This document shows positions 61,651 to 64,000 of a stretch of 64,000 nt of DNA, piece after piece; the first letter of the stretch is position 1; the number at the start of each line of letters is the position of its first letter. The stretch lies in NCBI GenBank assembly GCA_040388985.1, contig JAZKAU010000003.1:24557-88556 (forward strand), given 5' to 3'. The stretch comes from Patescibacteria group bacterium (lineage in GTDB: Bacteria > Patescibacteriota > Minisyncoccia > Phycocordibacterales > Phycocordibacteraceae). The position numbers and the translations under genes are program-made. The notes under the pieces were generated by a model. The model was not told where the DNA came from, did no database searches, and was given only the letters and a program-made list of their open reading frames with translations.

Positions 61651-63777
61651 TTACCCCTGAGCTACGGCAAGAGCGCGGGTAAGTGCGAGCTTGATGCCCG
61701 TAATGCCCGTCGCGTAGCTTCCGTCGACGGCCGTCGTGAGGCTCGTTACGAGGCGCTCGAGGAACGGCGTCGCGCAGTGCGCGGTCGCGCGCTCGATGTC
61801 CTCGTGAACCGGCGTACCGTCGATGCGAGCGTGATACGCGTCATCGAGCGCCAGGATGGCGTGCGAGACGAACTCCTCGACATCATGTCCGGCCTGATTT
61901 ATGTGGCGGATAGTGGCAAAGACTGCGTCGCGCTCGCCGTCGAGTATCGAAGCGATGAACGACGTTATCTCAGGATGTACCGGCGCCGCTTCTGCCTTCG
62001 CGGTCGCCATAGAGGCCCGGCTCTCTGCAGGAGCTGCTGACTGCGGCATCTCGAGCTCTATCGGGTGCACGGCTGCCGTGGAAGGCAGGGTTGAGGGCTC
62101 AACAGCGTCTGCGACTTCAGTACGAGCTGGTTCGCTGGCGAACTGGATGCCGGACTCGCGCGAGAGTCCCTTGACGATGTCGTCGATAGTGAGCGCGTCG
62201 CTCGACGCAAAGGCCTTGAAGCCCTCGCCGTTCGTACGGGTGCGCGAAGGCGCGACGGTCGCATGAGAGAATACAGCGGGCTTCGATACCTGCGGCATAG
62301 CCGTTGCGACTGCTGCTGCGTGAATGGCCTGGTGACTTGAAGCCGCTACCGGCACCGAGTACGTATCGTGCTCGAAATGGGTGGGTTCAACTTCGTTTCC
62401 AGATGCAGTCGAGTGTAGCGTATCGCGTACCGACGCTCCGAATGTCGCTACCCTGCGACGCAGTACCGGCATGCCTCCGAAGAGGACGAGGTACGCGGCT
62501 GCGAGGCTCCAGATAGTAAGGATGGTCCAGTAGACGATCGTTCCGACAGGTCCCAGATCAAGACCGGTGTATGGGATCTGTGAGAGGTACACGCTTGCGA
62601 GCGGTGCCTCTGCCGGACGGTTGGTCGAACCGAAGATGACATGGCGACTGCTGTGGCTTCCGCCACCGCCTCCTCCGCCTCCTCCTCCCCCACCGCAGGA
62701 TCCAGTATCGCTACAGCTCGTGGTCTGTATCGTTACCGATGCCTGGCAGGAGTTATTGGCAGCAGCTCCGGGCACTGTACCGACGTAGGTCGTCGCTGCG
62801 GTCGGATGCACGATGGTCGAACCGGTGACGCCACTGAAGGTGCCAGTCGCCGTATTCGTGATGTTTATGGTGCTCGCATTCTGGAGAGTCCAGGTAAGGG
62901 TCACGTCCTGGCCGCCAGCGGGAATAGTCTGCGCGCTCGCCGTAAGGGTGAGACACGCTGGTACGCTCGTTGATGGCAGGATGTGGACGCTCGCCTGACA
63001 GTGGACGCTCTGCTTGCCGTCGGTGACCGTTGCCGTATACGTAGTATCGACGGTCGGACGGACGACGACGGTGCCATGGTCGGTTGGACTGACGAGGCCG
63101 ACTCCGTGATCGATGGTGATGGAAGTAGCATTCTCCGTCTGCCACGCCAGCGTCACTGCATCCCCGGGACTTATATTCTGCGGCGTTCCCGTAAGGAATA
63201 CGCAGCGCGCTACCGGTACTACGGGAGGTGGTGGAGGTGGAATAGGGATGATCGGAATGATCGGGATGATCGGAGTCGTCGGAGGTACCTGGACCGGCGT
63301 TGAACCGCCGCAGCAAGGTGACGTGAACGGACTGTCGACGGTTGGCGCGTTTATGGTTGGAATATCGTCAGTCGGAGGATTTGCATAGTCCTCATCGCCG
63401 CCATTACAGCAGGGTGACGTGAACGGGCTGTCGACGGTGGGCGCCTGAGTTCCGGAGGCATCCGTGCCATCGCTATCGGTCGAACCGGTAACGACGATTT
63501 CGTCCTTCTTCGTACCCGTGTTCGGGGTATTCACGGTGACCACCGGGAGCGTAGGGAGCAGGACAGGGGGAAGAAGTATCGGAGCAGGAGCAGGGGCTGG
63601 AGCAGGGGCTGGACTACCGATGACGACGATTGCGTCCGCGAGCGTCTTTGCCGGAGCGCTGAAACCGAAGATGAAGCCTGCCGCCGTTCCGGCGACAAGA
63701 ACGGCAAGCACGACGAACAGTCCGGTCCGTTGCGGTTTCGACGTATTCTTTGCGATGTAGCGTGTGATGTGTGACAT
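61651..63777 (-). CDS. Large repeat-rich bitopic surface protein
   Basis: The start is at internal Met MSHITRY (cat at 63775-63777). The product has an N-terminal TM anchor, a (PA)6 linker, an (IIP)3-PPPPPP tract, two homologous roughly 90-aa Ig-like repeats (TLAWQTENATSITI.../TLTWTLQNASTINI... each ending CQASV), a G14 run, an IPYTG motif followed by a TM helix and RRR, and a roughly 280-aa C-terminal domain. Confidence 0.6.
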   Translation of the reverse strand: MSHITRYIAKNTSKPQRTGLFVVLAVLVAGTAAGFIFGFSAPAKTLADAIVVIGSPAPAPAPAPAPILLPPVLLPTLPVVTVNTPNTGTKKDEIVVTGSTDSDGTDASGTQAPTVDSPFTSPCCNGGDEDYANPPTDDIPTINAPTVDSPFTSPCCGGSTPVQVPPTTPIIPIIPIIPIPPPPPPVVPVARCVFLTGTPQNISPGDAVTLAWQTENATSITIDHGVGLVSPTDHGTVVVRPTVDTTYTATVTDGKQSVHCQASVHILPSTSVPACLTLTASAQTIPAGGQDVTLTWTLQNASTINITNTATGTFSGVTGSTIVHPTAATTYVGTVPGAAANNSCQASVTIQTTSCSDTGSCGGGGGGGGGGGGSHSSRHVIFGSTNRPAEAPLASVYLSQIPYTGLDLGPVGTIVYWTILTIWSLAAAYLVLFGGMPVLRRRVATFGASVRDTLHSTASGNEVEPTHFEHDTYSVPVAASSHQAIHAAAVATAMPQVSKPAVFSHATVAPSRTRTNGEGFKAFASSDALTIDDIVKGLSRESGIQFASEPARTEVADAVEPSTLPSTAAVHPIELEMPQSAAPAESRASMATAKAEAAPVHPEITSFIASILDGERDAVFATIRHINQAGHDVEEFVSHAILALDDAYHARIDGTPVHEDIERATAHCATPFLERLVTSLTTAVDGSYATGITGIKLALTRALAVAQG
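62660..62697. repeat. Simple-sequence tract encoding poly-Gly (GGN x about 13) inside the surface-protein gene
   Basis: cgccaccgcctcctccgcctcctcctcccccaccgc. Confidence 0.8.
63225..63273. repeat. Tandem 9-nt repeats (gggatgatc/ggaatgatc) plus a ggaggtgg run, encoding IIPIIPIIP-PPPPPP
   Basis: Direct reading of the sequence. Confidence 0.8.
63581..63612. repeat. Tandem hexanucleotide repeats (gcaggRgct) encoding (PA)n
   Basis: ggagcaggagcaggggctggagcaggggctgg. Confidence 0.8.
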
Positions 63778-64000
63778 ACGTAGTGTGACTGCGATTGATA
63801 ATTTGTTAAACGATTCCCCTGCCCTTTCGGGCGTATAAAAAGAAGAGTGAAGTCGGGGAGCGGTGTGGGCTCGAGAGCCCGCACCGTCACCGCTAGTGCG
63901 GCAGCTGGATAAGCCGCGGGTCGCATCCGACCGTCCAGTAGAGCCGGCGCCACTTCCAGTCCGCAGGGAACTTGTCCTGGTCGTAGAAGATAACCGCATG

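Noticed and set aside
62640-63620. Possible CRISPR or other non-coding repeat array, given the poly-G/poly-C and short tandem repeats
   Set aside because: The repeats are in frame within one long ORF and encode Gly, Ile-Ile-Pro and Pro-Ala runs. There is no repeat-spacer periodicity and there are no cas genes.

Overview
This 64 kb window has about 58-60% GC and uses the standard genetic code, with TGA, TAA and TAG all acting as stops. The gene content resembles a small-genome CPR/Patescibacteria-like bacterium: multiple type IV pilins, RRM and KH proteins, no rimM between rpsP and trmD, and a short SMC. That lineage call is inference only. Conserved core genes make up most of the window. They include a partial pilC followed by five pilin or pseudopilin genes, rdgB, an OmpR/HisKA two-component pair, an ABC-2 exporter, prmC, hisS, a UvrD-helicase/PD-(D/E)XK nuclease, rpoD-dnaG, rpoC-rpoB, tpiA, trmD, a KH protein, rpsP, rnr, rnc-smc, a nusB::NUDIX fusion, rnhB, dnaE and thrS. 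Several visibly AT-rich accessory islets interrupt this core. The largest, at about 26.3-32.6 kb, is an eight-gene minus-strand cluster with overlapping, translationally coupled genes. It holds a Sau3AI/MutH-like restriction endonuclease, a C5-cytosine MTase and Vsr, followed by RadC, a Dam-like N6-adenine MTase, a DGQHR (DndB-like, ParB-fold) protein and a small 4-TM membrane protein. The membrane-DGQHR-Dam trio is my best candidate for an undescribed defence or DNA-modification module. Other notable items are a roughly 110-nt palindromic element present twice (abutting the rpoC stop and upstream of nusB), a DsbA-like protein whose CxxC is replaced by SSYS, and a VapBC-like PIN module. There is also a giant surface protein with poly-Gly, (PA)n and (IIP)n tracts plus an IPYTG motif, an NYN-domain gene next to a YgjP-like gene, an isolated HD alarmone-hydrolase-like gene, a hairpin/attenuator-like thrS leader and three short ORFs with strong ribosome-binding sites. 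I recognised no rRNA, tRNA or CRISPR array by eye.
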